Source: a virus
Lineage: Duplodnaviria; Caudoviricetes
DNA: 64,000 bases
Direction: 5' to 3' (one strand)
Virus record (IMG/VR): IMGVR_UViG_3300032373_001170
Span: 15,762 to 79,761 of that record
Position numbers and translations under genes: made by a program. The notes under the pieces are model-generated. The model made no database searches. It was not told where the DNA came from and saw nothing but the letters and a program-made list of their open reading frames with translations. Shown here piece by piece: positions 1-8,833 of the stretch (positions are counted from its first letter, which is position 1; the number at the start of each line of letters is the position of its first letter).

Positions 1-1
1 A

Positions 2-745
2 GGGATTAGCGAATATCAAGATGCGTTTGTGAGCGTGGAGATGTTCGATGGGCAAGAAACAATGGATGGTTTTTTTGGTTATATTCGAAGACCTAAGCCG
101 CTTGTGAGTGGAATGATTGCGCAATTCTTTGGTGAGAATGGCGACGACTCTGACAAGATCGCTGCTCTGAGCTTGAGTAATTTCCTAGATATGCGACTGA
201 CGTTTTGTGTGAGGTATATCCAAGATCCGGCAGGCAAAGATATGAAGAAAGCCAAAGGCCCATATAGCGAAGCGGCTTCGCTTTTGTGGAGGTCTAGCTT
301 CTTCGCTACTCCTGACGTCTGGGTAAAGACTGGTACAGATAAAGAATTCCTCGCGTGGGTAATTACTCGGCCTTGTTGTATTTCTAAAGAATATGGAAAT
401 CACAAAGGTGACATCGTTCCGATGCATGTTCGTCGTGTTGCTAACGGTTCAGGGACTAGTATTAAACCTGAGTATAGTGCAATTGCCGGTTGCTGGTTTC
501 ATCATAATGCGATGCAGCATCAGAGTGGCGAGAGTGCTGTAGGGGGGCGAGATTTTTTCGATAGGCAACGCATACAGCACTTAAGATTATGGGGTTGGCA
601 GTGCTTGGTTAGTTTAAACAAGGCAGAAAGTATGACGTTCGTTCCACCAGAGTTCGTGTACTCATGGGCAGTTGCAAATTCTGTAGACCAGTACCTACCG
701 CTGCAATATCGGAAGTTTGTTAGGTTAGAGGCTGGGAACAAGTAA
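2..745 (+). CDS. DUF968-like His/Cys (HNH-type) nuclease, probably 5'-truncated by the window
   Basis: Frame is open from base 2. C-terminal pattern CC..., H-V-R-R...G-x-G-x-x-I-K-P..AIAGC..HH...QH resembles the DUF968/Ref family. Confidence 0.45.
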   Translation, partial: GISEYQDAFVSVEMFDGQETMDGFFGYIRRPKPLVSGMIAQFFGENGDDSDKIAALSLSNFLDMRLTFCVRYIQDPAGKDMKKAKGPYSEAASLLWRSSFFATPDVWVKTGTDKEFLAWVITRPCCISKEYGNHKGDIVPMHVRRVANGSGTSIKPEYSAIAGCWFHHNAMQHQSGESAVGGRDFFDRQRIQHLRLWGWQCLVSLNKAESMTFVPPEFVYSWAVANSVDQYLPLQYRKFVRLEAGNK

Positions 746-748
746 CAA

Positions 749-1021
749 TTGAAAATGTTTATAGCAGAAGCGATAGAAATCATGACAAGACCTGTAACAA
801 TATTTGAATACTGGAGGCCGGACGATGCTGAGTATGATGATTCATATCAGAAGCGTGAAATGGGAAAGGGTGTTTTCCATGAGTTCGGTGTTAGCTACGA
901 AAATGTTGGCGATAGCGTGGGTAACTATTCAACCGCGATTATTGAACTACCAAATGGACAAATTGTTAATGAGCCTGTTGAAATGATTCAATTTGATGAC
1001 AAAGGTAAGGAAAATGGCTAA
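749..1021 (+). CDS. hypothetical protein
   Basis: 90-aa ORF tightly packed between neighbours. Confidence 0.6.
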   Translation: MKMFIAEAIEIMTRPVTIFEYWRPDDAEYDDSYQKREMGKGVFHEFGVSYENVGDSVGNYSTAIIELPNGQIVNEPVEMIQFDDKGKENG

Positions 1022-1478
1022 AGGTGTAAATAAGGTGATTTTGGTTGGCAACATAGGTGGTGATCCGGAGGTTCGTTATACTCCCGGCGGAAGTGCTGTC
1101 GCAAACGCAACAATAGCAACTAGTGATACCTGGAAAGACAAAAATACTGGGCAAAAGCAGGAGCGCACTGAATGGCATCGGGTTGTGTTCTTTAATCGTC
1201 TAGGGGAGATAGCAGGCGAGTATTTAAAGAAAGGATCAAAGGTTTATGTGGAAGGAAGTTTGCGAACACGCAAGTGGCAAGATAAAAATGGTCAAGATCG
1301 GTACACGACTGAAATAGTTGGTAGTGAAATGCAAATGCTTGATTCAAAAAGTGGCTCTCAAGCGGGCACAGGCAGTCCAGCAGGTAGTTATCAGCATTCC
1401 CCGAATAATAGAGCCCCATCACCGGAGCCAGTGGCCGCAGCAGACTATTCTGATTTTGATGACGATATTCCTTTCTAG
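1014..1478 (+). CDS. ssb: single-stranded DNA-binding protein
   Basis: [22 protein letters not shown]...TEWHRVV...[13 protein letters not shown]-terminal DDDIPF. ATG 1014 follows AAGG. Confidence 0.97.
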   Translation: MAKGVNKVILVGNIGGDPEVRYTPGGSAVANATIATSDTWKDKNTGQKQERTEWHRVVFFNRLGEIAGEYLKKGSKVYVEGSLRTRKWQDKNGQDRYTTEIVGSEMQMLDSKSGSQAGTGSPAGSYQHSPNNRAPSPEPVAAADYSDFDDDIPF

Positions 1479-1522
1479 ACGGAATATCATAGACTAGTTG
1501 TTTAATTAATCACAGGACTTGA

Positions 1523-2173
1523 ATGATGCTAAGAAAGTTAACCAAGCAAATGAAATCGGAACTTTTTCAATTGATTGCGATGAAACTCGTGAGATCTGAA
1601 GTTGAAGAGTATGAACACTCAATTAAAGTACTAGCTGACGCGCTATGGGAATGGAAATACAAAAAAGATATAGACATTATTACGACTCTCCCTGACGGGT
1701 TCATGCGCACTTGCAGCTGCGCAAACCTAGCGCACATCGATTTTCTAGTAATAAATATAAACCAAATAACAAATTGTTATATGCCAGAAAAACTAAGTAA
1801 TAGCTCTTCTAGTTGGGCACATACCACAAATTCAATTTCGTTTACTTCAAAAAAACGTGTTAAGCGTGATGATCAATATAGTGTGTCCATTGCCGCACAT
1901 GAGCTACCAAAAAGCTTAATGAATCGCATTGATAAAATGAAAAAGAAGTCGGAGGTCCTGCGAGATAAAATTAGTAGTCTCATGGTGGAGCTGAAAGGCG
2001 TTATACAGTCTAGCAAAACTATAAAAGATTTGAGAGAAATACTGCCAGAATTTAGTGAGTTTTATCCTTCCGATAATGCGGATAGTTTTCCTGTAATTTC
2101 CGTTTCAGCGGACAATATTCAATCCGCTGCTAGAAAATGGGCAAAAAATAACGCTGCCACATCAGCTCAATAG
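1523..2173 (+). CDS. Nmad5-like phage protein
   Basis: N-terminal RKLTKQMK and C-terminal LKGVIQSSKTIKDLREILPEF match the recalled Nmad5 pattern. Confidence 0.5.
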   Translation: MMLRKLTKQMKSELFQLIAMKLVRSEVEEYEHSIKVLADALWEWKYKKDIDIITTLPDGFMRTCSCANLAHIDFLVININQITNCYMPEKLSNSSSSWAHTTNSISFTSKKRVKRDDQYSVSIAAHELPKSLMNRIDKMKKKSEVLRDKISSLMVELKGVIQSSKTIKDLREILPEFSEFYPSDNADSFPVISVSADNIQSAARKWAKNNAATSAQ

Positions 2174-2181
2174 ATCCGTAA

Positions 2182-3291
2182 ATGGAGTGTGACATGATTG
2201 GATTTAATGTAGGTGATTTACTTAACTCTCTTAATGTAGTTGGTTTGGCGAAACCATCAAGGGAGGTGATACCTATTCTCGGTAATGTTTATATTAATTA
2301 TGGTGCCAATTCACATTTGCTAGTAACAGATATGGATGTTCAGTTAGCTAGCCGAATTGATATCTCTCGCAGTGATTTAAGTGGTAGCTTGTTGCTACCA
2401 CTTGGTAAGCTAGTTGGCATTTGTAAAGTGCATGATAAGAGTGAAGATGGGGTTATCAATATCGGGGCCAATAATCTCTCTATTCGAATAGGTGTGGGGC
2501 GATATACGTTTAATAAAGTTTCTCCTGATGATTTTCCTGTCCAGGTTTCAAGAGAGGATGAGGAGTCGCTGTGTCCAAGTATATCATCACCGCTTATGAA
2601 AAAATGCGTGCAACTCGTCGAGCATGCTCAAGCAATCAATGACGTTAGATACTATCTCAACGGGATTCACTTTGAGGTTATTGATAACGTTATGCATGTA
2701 GTAGCAACCGACGGACATCGCTTAGCCTATTTTAGGATGGATGTGGATATGAAAAACACTAATTTCACAGTGCCGAAAAAAGGAGTTGAGGTTTTAAAAA
2801 AAGCACTTGACCAGGAGGAGCAAGTGGAGATCAAGGTTGGAAATAAAAGCATTGAGATTGTCGGGGAACAGGTATCCGCAAGATCAAATCTAGTGGATTG
2901 CCGGTACCCTGATTACAGGCAATTTTTTAAGCAGAAAGGCGACTTAAAGGTGCTTGTGAAAAGAGCAGATCTGGTCAATGGCTTAAGACGAGCTGTTATT
3001 ATTTTGGATCTCAAGAGACGAGCTATCAAACTCACGTTTGACAAAGACAAGATAGAAATATTTGCCACGAATGCTGCAGGCGAAACGGCTGACGATGATG
3101 TGCCGTGCTCGATGAGTAAGAATATAAAGCTGGAGCGTGGTTTTAATCCAGAGTACATCCTTGATGCGATCAGTGTTATCGGCTCAGAAAACATTGAGAT
3201 GTGGATAGATCCCAATAGTGATAGCGGTCTAGTTATTATGGGTGAGGGCGATGAATCATACGCTGCGGTAGTGATGCAGATGCGATTGTAG
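2182..3291 (+). CDS. dnaN: DNA polymerase III beta sliding clamp homologue (phage copy)
   Basis: DVRYYLNGIHF, VATDGHRLA, RYPDY and GFNPEYILDAI motifs; about 370 aa. Confidence 0.9.
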   Translation: MECDMIGFNVGDLLNSLNVVGLAKPSREVIPILGNVYINYGANSHLLVTDMDVQLASRIDISRSDLSGSLLLPLGKLVGICKVHDKSEDGVINIGANNLSIRIGVGRYTFNKVSPDDFPVQVSREDEESLCPSISSPLMKKCVQLVEHAQAINDVRYYLNGIHFEVIDNVMHVVATDGHRLAYFRMDVDMKNTNFTVPKKGVEVLKKALDQEEQVEIKVGNKSIEIVGEQVSARSNLVDCRYPDYRQFFKQKGDLKVLVKRADLVNGLRRAVIILDLKRRAIKLTFDKDKIEIFATNAAGETADDDVPCSMSKNIKLERGFNPEYILDAISVIGSENIEMWIDPNSDSGLVIMGEGDESYAAVVMQMRL

Positions 3292-3301
3292 GTGAAGATC
3301 G

Positions 3302-3469
3302 ATGCTTAATATTCCTCAGCTTAAAGGTGGCATGTGCGCAAAATGCAAAGATAGAGACGAAGACTGTAGTCATTTGCCGTTTTACAAAATGCCGGTGATA
3401 AAAAAGGAAGAAGATGCGACTAACGTCAAGCGCAGTTCGTCCAGCCGCCCAGAAAAGCCAAAGAATTAG
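3302..3469 (+). CDS. small Cys-containing phage protein (55 aa, not in ORF track)
   Basis: Translates MLNIPQLKGGMCAKCKDRDEDCSHLPFYKMPVI...; the 3' end runs into an attC-like site. Confidence 0.55.
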   Translation: MLNIPQLKGGMCAKCKDRDEDCSHLPFYKMPVIKKEEDATNVKRSSSSRPEKPKN

Positions 3470-3516
3470 TGTGCGAAATGATATGGCTAAAGATGATTTG
3501 CGACGACTGGTTAATT
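3418..3516 (-). mobile_element. degenerate attC-like site
   Basis: + strand GACTAAC-gtcaag-CGCAGTTC...GATTTGCG-acgactg-GTTAATT; the L-box pairing is imperfect. Confidence 0.4.
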
Positions 3517-3551
3517 TCGATTGTACTAGATAGATTCTATGGAGGTAATTA

Positions 3552-3740
3552 ATGGAGGATTGGATGGACGATTACGCGCAAATGATAGCAGACTGCATTA
3601 AGCGAGAGCCTAGGATGTCTGAATGGGAGCAGGGCTTTATTCAGTCGATTAACGATCAAGTTAATAGGGGGAAATCATTAACACCAAATCAAATTAGCAA
3701 GCTAAATAGTATTTGGGAAAAAGTCACAGAGAAAGGTTGA
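3552..3740 (+). CDS. small phage hypothetical protein
   Basis: GGAGG RBS; SEWEQGFIQSI...LTPNQ...IW pattern common in phages. Confidence 0.7.
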   Translation: MEDWMDDYAQMIADCIKREPRMSEWEQGFIQSINDQVNRGKSLTPNQISKLNSIWEKVTEKG

Positions 3741-3752
3741 TTTGAAAATTTT

Positions 3753-3959
3753 ATGCATGAATTTATCGATCAATCTTATCACGGTTTTGGAAGGTGGAAG
3801 CAATGCGTGAATTGCGGAGCTACGCGGCATAGTGGTTTGTATTGGTTAGGTGGCTACAAATCAAAGGTAAAACCACCATGCACTATAAACCATGATAACG
3901 AATTCAAAAAGTGGATTGATAATGCACTTGACGCAATAGACGGAGAAGATGATGCCTAG
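3753..3959 (+). CDS. small Cys-containing hypothetical protein
   Basis: 68-aa ORF with CVNC. Confidence 0.5.
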   Translation: MHEFIDQSYHGFGRWKQCVNCGATRHSGLYWLGGYKSKVKPPCTINHDNEFKKWIDNALDAIDGEDDA

Positions 3960-4296
3960 AAATATGAGCTTCGCTCTTACTAAAGAGCAAATAAAGAATA
4001 GAACCAAATTTGTGACCAGACGTTTTGGTTGGCTTTTCTTAAAACCCGGTGATGTTTTAAATGCTGTAGAGAAGTCTATGGGGCTGAAGAAAGGTGAAAA
4101 AGTGAAAAAACTTGCGCTTATCCGAGTGATTTCTGTCGGAGAGGAGCCTCTAAGTGAAATCACAAAGGAAGATTGCATCCTGGAAGGCTTTCCAGATTAC
4201 GAACCTGTAGATTTCGTGAATATGATGATCGATCATTCTCAGGGGAAAGTTAAGCCTGACGATGAAGCAAATAGGATTGAGTTTGAATACATTTAG
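3949..4296 (+). CDS. ASCH domain protein
   Basis: MSFALTKEQI..RTKFVTRR.GW..LKPGD...EEPLSEIT.EDCILEGF. Confidence 0.75.
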   Translation: MMPRNMSFALTKEQIKNRTKFVTRRFGWLFLKPGDVLNAVEKSMGLKKGEKVKKLALIRVISVGEEPLSEITKEDCILEGFPDYEPVDFVNMMIDHSQGKVKPDDEANRIEFEYI

Positions 4297-4341
4297 TTCT
4301 TCATTCAGTTAGCTTGAGGAATTTGCATTGGGGTTTTTATT

Positions 4342-4590
4342 ATGAATATTTACGACAGTCAAAAGTGGGGCGTTTACATTGCTGGCCCAGGGAATGTGTT
4401 AGCAGCGAATACATTTGAGGAAGCTACAGAAAAAGCGGCAGAATTAAACAAGATAGTTGTTGACCACATAAAATCAAATTATTCAGGCGGCAACTACCCC
4501 ATTGTTTTTGCTAATGTTGATAGATGGGAAAATATATCAAAGTTCGAGCACAGCCCAAGCGAAACAGATTGGGAAAATGCGTTTTCGTAA
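4342..4590 (+). CDS. hypothetical protein
   Basis: 82-aa ORF in operon context. Confidence 0.6.
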   Translation: MNIYDSQKWGVYIAGPGNVLAANTFEEATEKAAELNKIVVDHIKSNYSGGNYPIVFANVDRWENISKFEHSPSETDWENAFS

Positions 4591-4617
4591 CGCATCTATA
4601 TGGATAAGGACTAGAGC

Positions 4618-4797
4618 ATGCCCGTGATAAATGTAGAGTGTCAAAATGAAGAATGCACAAAATATAATGATTACGAATGCGAGTGGGAATCCTGTGCCGA
4701 AGGCTCCACTCATGTTTGCGAATGTGATTGCGGGACTAAAGCGCAATTCACTATCAGTTACCCGGATCCAATTGCTGATGAAGAGCAAGCAATTTAG
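4618..4797 (+). CDS. Cys-rich small protein (59 aa, not in ORF track)
   Basis: AAGGA RBS; MPVINVECQNEECTKY...CECDCGTK. Confidence 0.5.
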   Translation: MPVINVECQNEECTKYNDYECEWESCAEGSTHVCECDCGTKAQFTISYPDPIADEEQAI

Positions 4798-4837
4798 TTT
4801 TGGCGTATAGGCTGTATTTATGCAAACAGAGGATCCT

Positions 4838-5581
4838 ATGATGGGTGATAAAACAGGAATAAGTTGGACTGACCACACATTTAATCCGTGGTGGGGATGC
4901 ACGAAAATAGCGCGAGGCTGCGACAATTGTTATGCAGCAACGCTGGATAAACGAACAGGTGGTGACTACTGGGATGTGAATCAAAAGCCTCGCAGAACAA
5001 GCAAGACTAACTGGCGTAAAGTGCTGACCTGGCATAACCAGGCAGTCAAAGAAAACCGACGACATCGTGTCTTTTGTGGCTCCATGATGGACTGGTGTGA
5101 TAAGGATGCGCCAGAGGGTGCGTTAACCGATCTCTTTGAGTTGATAAAGACAACACCCATGTTGGATTGGCAGTTACTCACTAAGCGCGCCACCCTTATT
5201 AAACATAGGTTGCCTGATGATTGGGGGACCGGTTACGACAACGTTTGGCTTGGTGTGACAGTGGAAGATCAGGAATATGGCAAACCCAGAATTGATGCTC
5301 TTCGGAACATACCTGCAAAAGTAAGATTTATAAGTGCGGAGCCATTGCTAGAAGATCTTGGTGATATATGCCTAGCTAATATTGATTGGTGCATTATCGG
5401 TGGGGAGTCAGGGCCTGGGTTTAGAGCCATGAAAGAGGATTGGGCAATTAAATTAGCGTTATATTGCAAGTCGTTCAGTGTTGCAATTTGGTTCAAACAG
5501 CATGGCGGTAACTCACGCGATAAAGGTGGCGATATGCTTGGTGGTCGTGAATTCAAGAACTGGCCTAGATCTGCTGTTTAG
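4838..5581 (+). CDS. DUF5131 / phage Gp37-Gp68 family (radical-SAM-like three-Cys motif)
   Basis: ISWTDHTFNPWWGCTKIARGCDNCYA, WQLLTKR, VWLGVTVE, RFISAEPLL, IIGGESG, WFKQHGG. Confidence 0.9.
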   Translation: MMGDKTGISWTDHTFNPWWGCTKIARGCDNCYAATLDKRTGGDYWDVNQKPRRTSKTNWRKVLTWHNQAVKENRRHRVFCGSMMDWCDKDAPEGALTDLFELIKTTPMLDWQLLTKRATLIKHRLPDDWGTGYDNVWLGVTVEDQEYGKPRIDALRNIPAKVRFISAEPLLEDLGDICLANIDWCIIGGESGPGFRAMKEDWAIKLALYCKSFSVAIWFKQHGGNSRDKGGDMLGGREFKNWPRSAV

Positions 5582-5613
5582 TGTGAATTTTAGATATTAG
5601 TTTTATAAAAGGA

Positions 5614-5958
5614 TTGAAAATGAAAGCATCAGTTAAAGTAATGAGATCGTATGACTACAATCATTTCGAAGTATCATTGTCTTCTGAAGAAGTTTCATCT
5701 TTAGAAGAGGTGGACGATCTGAGAAAGAGTGCTGCCAGACTAGTTGATAAGGCCGTCATTCAATATCAAACCTCCAAAAACCATGCGTTAAGAATTCCGG
5801 ATCAAGAGTTATCTAGGCAAGCAAAAATAATTACGGAGAATCATCCGAAATCTGAGTGGACAGAAGAGCAAAAAGCGATAATCAAAAAGCATGAAGATGA
5901 TATGTACTGGTCTAATCGAATATTTGATTATGAAGACGAGTGGGATGTAGATAATTAG
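5614..5958 (+). CDS. hypothetical protein
   Basis: 114-aa ORF, VKVMRSYDYNHFEV. Confidence 0.65.
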   Translation: MKMKASVKVMRSYDYNHFEVSLSSEEVSSLEEVDDLRKSAARLVDKAVIQYQTSKNHALRIPDQELSRQAKIITENHPKSEWTEEQKAIIKKHEDDMYWSNRIFDYEDEWDVDN

Positions 5959-5980
5959 ACGAGCGCCAGCGGGAAAGATA

Positions 5981-6238
5981 ATGAGTGCTGTCACTGATAA
6001 GGGTGGAAGTATAGGTGATGTTTGTGGTGTGGAGTGTCCAGCGTGGGTGATGTTTGGCGGTGAGCGCTATGATTACTGCCGAGAAGCTTATTACGAAGAT
6101 ATAGGTGGAGTGCTACGCTGCCAGATGACCGATGGAGAAATTCACCTGTCTCCTGGAGTGGTTTACAGAAAAGCTGACAAAAACACTGAAGCGCCATGCT
6201 GCGCTGGTGAGTGTGAATACTGTATTGGCGACTATTAA
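5981..6238 (+). CDS. hypothetical Cys-rich protein
   Basis: 85-aa ORF after GGGAAAG. Confidence 0.55.
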   Translation: MSAVTDKGGSIGDVCGVECPAWVMFGGERYDYCREAYYEDIGGVLRCQMTDGEIHLSPGVVYRKADKNTEAPCCAGECEYCIGDY

Positions 6239-6277
6239 TAAGCCAGGTTTAAAGGGGAGACATAAAGGAGATGCAAT

Positions 6278-6484
6278 TTGAAAATTAGCAAAGTTATTGA
6301 GCGATTGGAGCAAGTGAAAAAAGCTGAAGGAGATATCGAAGTAACAGGAACATCATCGTTTTTACCGGATGGATACAGCCGAGATGACGGGCCTATTGCT
6401 GATGTATTTGAAAGTACCATTGAGAATTTCGTGATTGTGAATGATTCATCGGGATTAGGTCGCAGAGTTAGGCTGTTTTTATAG
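6278..6484 (+). CDS. hypothetical protein
   Basis: AAGGAG RBS; MKISKVIERLEQVK...GDIEV. Confidence 0.6.
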   Translation: MKISKVIERLEQVKKAEGDIEVTGTSSFLPDGYSRDDGPIADVFESTIENFVIVNDSSGLGRRVRLFL

Positions 6485-6530
6485 CGCGACGCTAGGTATT
6501 GAGTGATTGCTATATTTTTGGAGAATTCAG

Positions 6531-7010
6531 TTGATAACAAATAGCTACCAGCCAACTCATCGTCAATTGTGTGATAGAGCAGCTTATTGGTTGCAACAAA
6601 GCAGAAATTGTAAGCTGGTTTTAGTGGAGCGAAATTCTGGAATGGGCGGTGAAGAGCCTGACGCTATTGGATGGACACCTTGCGGGTATAGCTATTTAGT
6701 TGAAGCTAAAGTATCGAGAGCTGATTTTTTAGCTGACGCTAAAAAGCCTCACCGAAAAAAACCACAAAGTGGAATGGGAAAAAGTCGCTTTTTACTGTGC
6801 CCTAAAGGAATGATTCAACCTGAAGAAACGCCTGAAGGCTGGGGTTTGCTCTGGGCTACTGAGCATCAAATTAGGCTTAAAAATCACGACGATTTGGTTA
6901 ACAAAGGTGAATTCGAGATTGATCAAAAAAAGGAAATGCAAATGCTTATCCATTCTTACCGAATGGTAAAGCTTGGCGTGATGATTGTGCCGATTGGAAA
7001 CGAAATTTGA
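6531..7010 (+). CDS. MmcB-like PD-(D/E)XK nuclease-fold phage protein
   Basis: GEEPDAIGW...VEAKVSRADFLADAKKP.R...GMG..R...CP.G.I...E.PEGWGLL. TTG 6531 follows GGAGA. Confidence 0.65.
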   Translation: MITNSYQPTHRQLCDRAAYWLQQSRNCKLVLVERNSGMGGEEPDAIGWTPCGYSYLVEAKVSRADFLADAKKPHRKKPQSGMGKSRFLLCPKGMIQPEETPEGWGLLWATEHQIRLKNHDDLVNKGEFEIDQKKEMQMLIHSYRMVKLGVMIVPIGNEI

Positions 7011-7069
7011 AGACAATAGATTTCTCAAGATACCGAGAACCGTTATTTTAACAATCCGAGACCGAAAAC

Positions 7070-7573
7070 ATGAGTGAAACCGCCAATCTAGAATCAAGAA
7101 GTGCATTAGCTGCTACCAGAGAAGATGTTGTCATATCGCCCTGCTCTATGACTACATCACAAAACGAAAATGACGTAGCTGAAGGTCAATCCGTCTCTAA
7201 GCCATTGCTAGATTTTGCCTACTCATTGGACGACGAAAGATATACAGATTTTGAAAGTATCGTGGACGAAGTTAATTCCGATTATCCAGCAGGTAAAGCA
7301 GTGATAATAAGCAAAGGCGAAAAAATACAATACTCTCACAGTGATTTCATCAACATCGATGTATTTTTTGAGCTTTTGAATGAAGCAGCTTACGAGGAAT
7401 GCGGGGAGTATGGCGAAGACTATATGTGCAAAGTAGATAAAGAAAAGCGCGATGAGCTGAAAAAGATTATATCAGAATGGTTGGGTGAGAATTTTGAAGC
7501 GCCCAACTTCTTTACTGTTAAAAACATAACAAAAATGGAAGTGGTTGCTGTTTGCGCGCCAGAAACTAAATGA
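7070..7573 (+). CDS. hypothetical protein
   Basis: 167-aa acidic ORF; the true start may be further downstream. Confidence 0.6.
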   Translation: MSETANLESRSALAATREDVVISPCSMTTSQNENDVAEGQSVSKPLLDFAYSLDDERYTDFESIVDEVNSDYPAGKAVIISKGEKIQYSHSDFINIDVFFELLNEAAYEECGEYGEDYMCKVDKEKRDELKKIISEWLGENFEAPNFFTVKNITKMEVVAVCAPETK

Positions 7574-7929
7574 ATAAAGAAGTGCTGGACTGCATAGATC
7601 GGCTGAAGGAGGTGTTCCCGAAATCGTTTATTTACAAGAATGACGAGCTGATAGTTGAGCCGAAGAACAATATCTACTTCCGAATTGATGACGTGGAAAG
7701 TGAAATCGATTTTAAGTGCAAGATTGTCGAATGGCTATCTAGGCCAGCACACAAAGGGCTTAGCAAGTGGTGGCAAAGTAGAATTAGAAGCGGGATGAAT
7801 AAGTTTCTCGGGACAGCGTTCACGCCTGAAGAAATGAGCACAATTTACACCCACCTTGGATGCTGCTGCAATCGACAAAAAACAAAGGTCTTTATCTTAT
7901 CTGGATACGATGTTGGTACATTGGCATAA
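7570..7929 (+). CDS. hypothetical protein
   Basis: 119-aa ORF with ATGA overlap; its stop codon lies inside an attC core (TAAC). Confidence 0.7.
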   Translation: MNKEVLDCIDRLKEVFPKSFIYKNDELIVEPKNNIYFRIDDVESEIDFKCKIVEWLSRPAHKGLSKWWQSRIRSGMNKFLGTAFTPEEMSTIYTHLGCCCNRQKTKVFILSGYDVGTLA

Positions 7930-8049
7930 CGGTTTAGCTTACTCGTGCTGTGCGAACTGGAGATTAAACGATGGCAACTGAAACAAGAGAACAACCAAGC
8001 AACAGCGAAACGTCGATACGTAGCGTTGATGTAGAGCCTGCTGTAATGC
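7924..8049 (-). mobile_element. attC-like site (one core degenerate) containing the RBS and start of the next gene
   Basis: Minus strand GCATTAC-5nt-GCT[C]TACA...AGTAAGC-6nt-GTTATGC; unpaired C at position 4 of L''. Confidence 0.65.
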
Positions 8050-8255
8050 CTACCGCTCATCAGGGCGCAGCGGTTGGAGCACTCAGGATCGCACTGTTGG
8101 CGATGGATGAAGCACAGAGACATATCGAAAGCCACTATCTAAATGACCTGATTTTAAATCGAACCGACTATATTGAGAAACAAGCAGAACTCAACAATAT
8201 GCGCTTAGCAGCAGCCGAAGCATTAAAGCCTATGTGGAAAATTGTTGAGGTGTAA
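7971..8255 (+). CDS. hypothetical protein starting inside an attC-like site
   Basis: GGAG RBS at ~7959; the N-terminus is encoded across the attC arm. Confidence 0.6.
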   Translation: MATETREQPSNSETSIRSVDVEPAVMPTAHQGAAVGALRIALLAMDEAQRHIESHYLNDLILNRTDYIEKQAELNNMRLAAAEALKPMWKIVEV

Positions 8256-8281
8256 CGTCGCAACTAACAGGAAACAAGCAC

Positions 8282-8476
8282 ATGAGTATTCAGCCCTGGA
8301 AACACCCTCCATTAAATGAATGGTCTATTTGCGGAATGAACCACTACCACGTTGACGGTGAAAAACGCTTATTTGTATCAATGACAAAAGATGGTAAATG
8401 CATTACTGAAGAAGGTGCTGACAACGAATATTTATGGAATCGCCTTTGGCATAAAGCTGATATGGGGAGAAAATAA
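8282..8476 (+). CDS. small phage hypothetical protein
   Basis: 64 aa, WSICGMNHYHV..LFVSMTKDG.CITEEG. Confidence 0.65.
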   Translation: MSIQPWKHPPLNEWSICGMNHYHVDGEKRLFVSMTKDGKCITEEGADNEYLWNRLWHKADMGRK

Positions 8477-8754
8477 TGTCAAACACAATACCACCAATAA
8501 CAAACCCATTAGGGAAACACTGGCAGCAACCCAAGGTCAGCGAAATTGAAATTGATGATAAATATGCAGTAATGGAAAAGAGTGCATTCAATAAGTTACT
8601 TGAGTATTCAACATCAACACCATCTGGTGTGTATATCGGCAAAATGTGGAAGGGTCAGTACTCAAATGGAAAATGGTATCTAGCTTGGTTTAGTAAAGGT
8701 GATGATGCTGGAACGTACTTGAACAATAACTATAGAATTATATTAGGCGTATAA
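8476..8754 (+). CDS. phage hypothetical protein
   Basis: 92 aa, YSTSTPSGVYIGKMWK; the stop lies in an attC core. Confidence 0.7.
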   Translation: MSNTIPPITNPLGKHWQQPKVSEIEIDDKYAVMEKSAFNKLLEYSTSTPSGVYIGKMWKGQYSNGKWYLAWFSKGDDAGTYLNNNYRIILGV

Positions 8755-8819
8755 CAAATAAGCTCATTTGTTGCGAACGATGTACGAGTGAATAATAAAT
8801 GTGAAGCGCCTGGTTATGG
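8749..8819 (-). mobile_element. attC-like site
   Basis: Minus strand CCATAAC-CAGGC-GCT[T]CACATTT...AAATGAGC-TTATTT-GTTATAC; 5/6-nt spacers. Confidence 0.75.
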
Positions 8820-8833
8820 CGCGTGGAGGAATA

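Noticed and set aside
6490-7230. attC-like right arms (ATTGCTATATTT at ~6504, ATTGCTAGATTT at ~7203)
   Set aside because: Cores are degenerate and no partner arm was found; at most old remnants.
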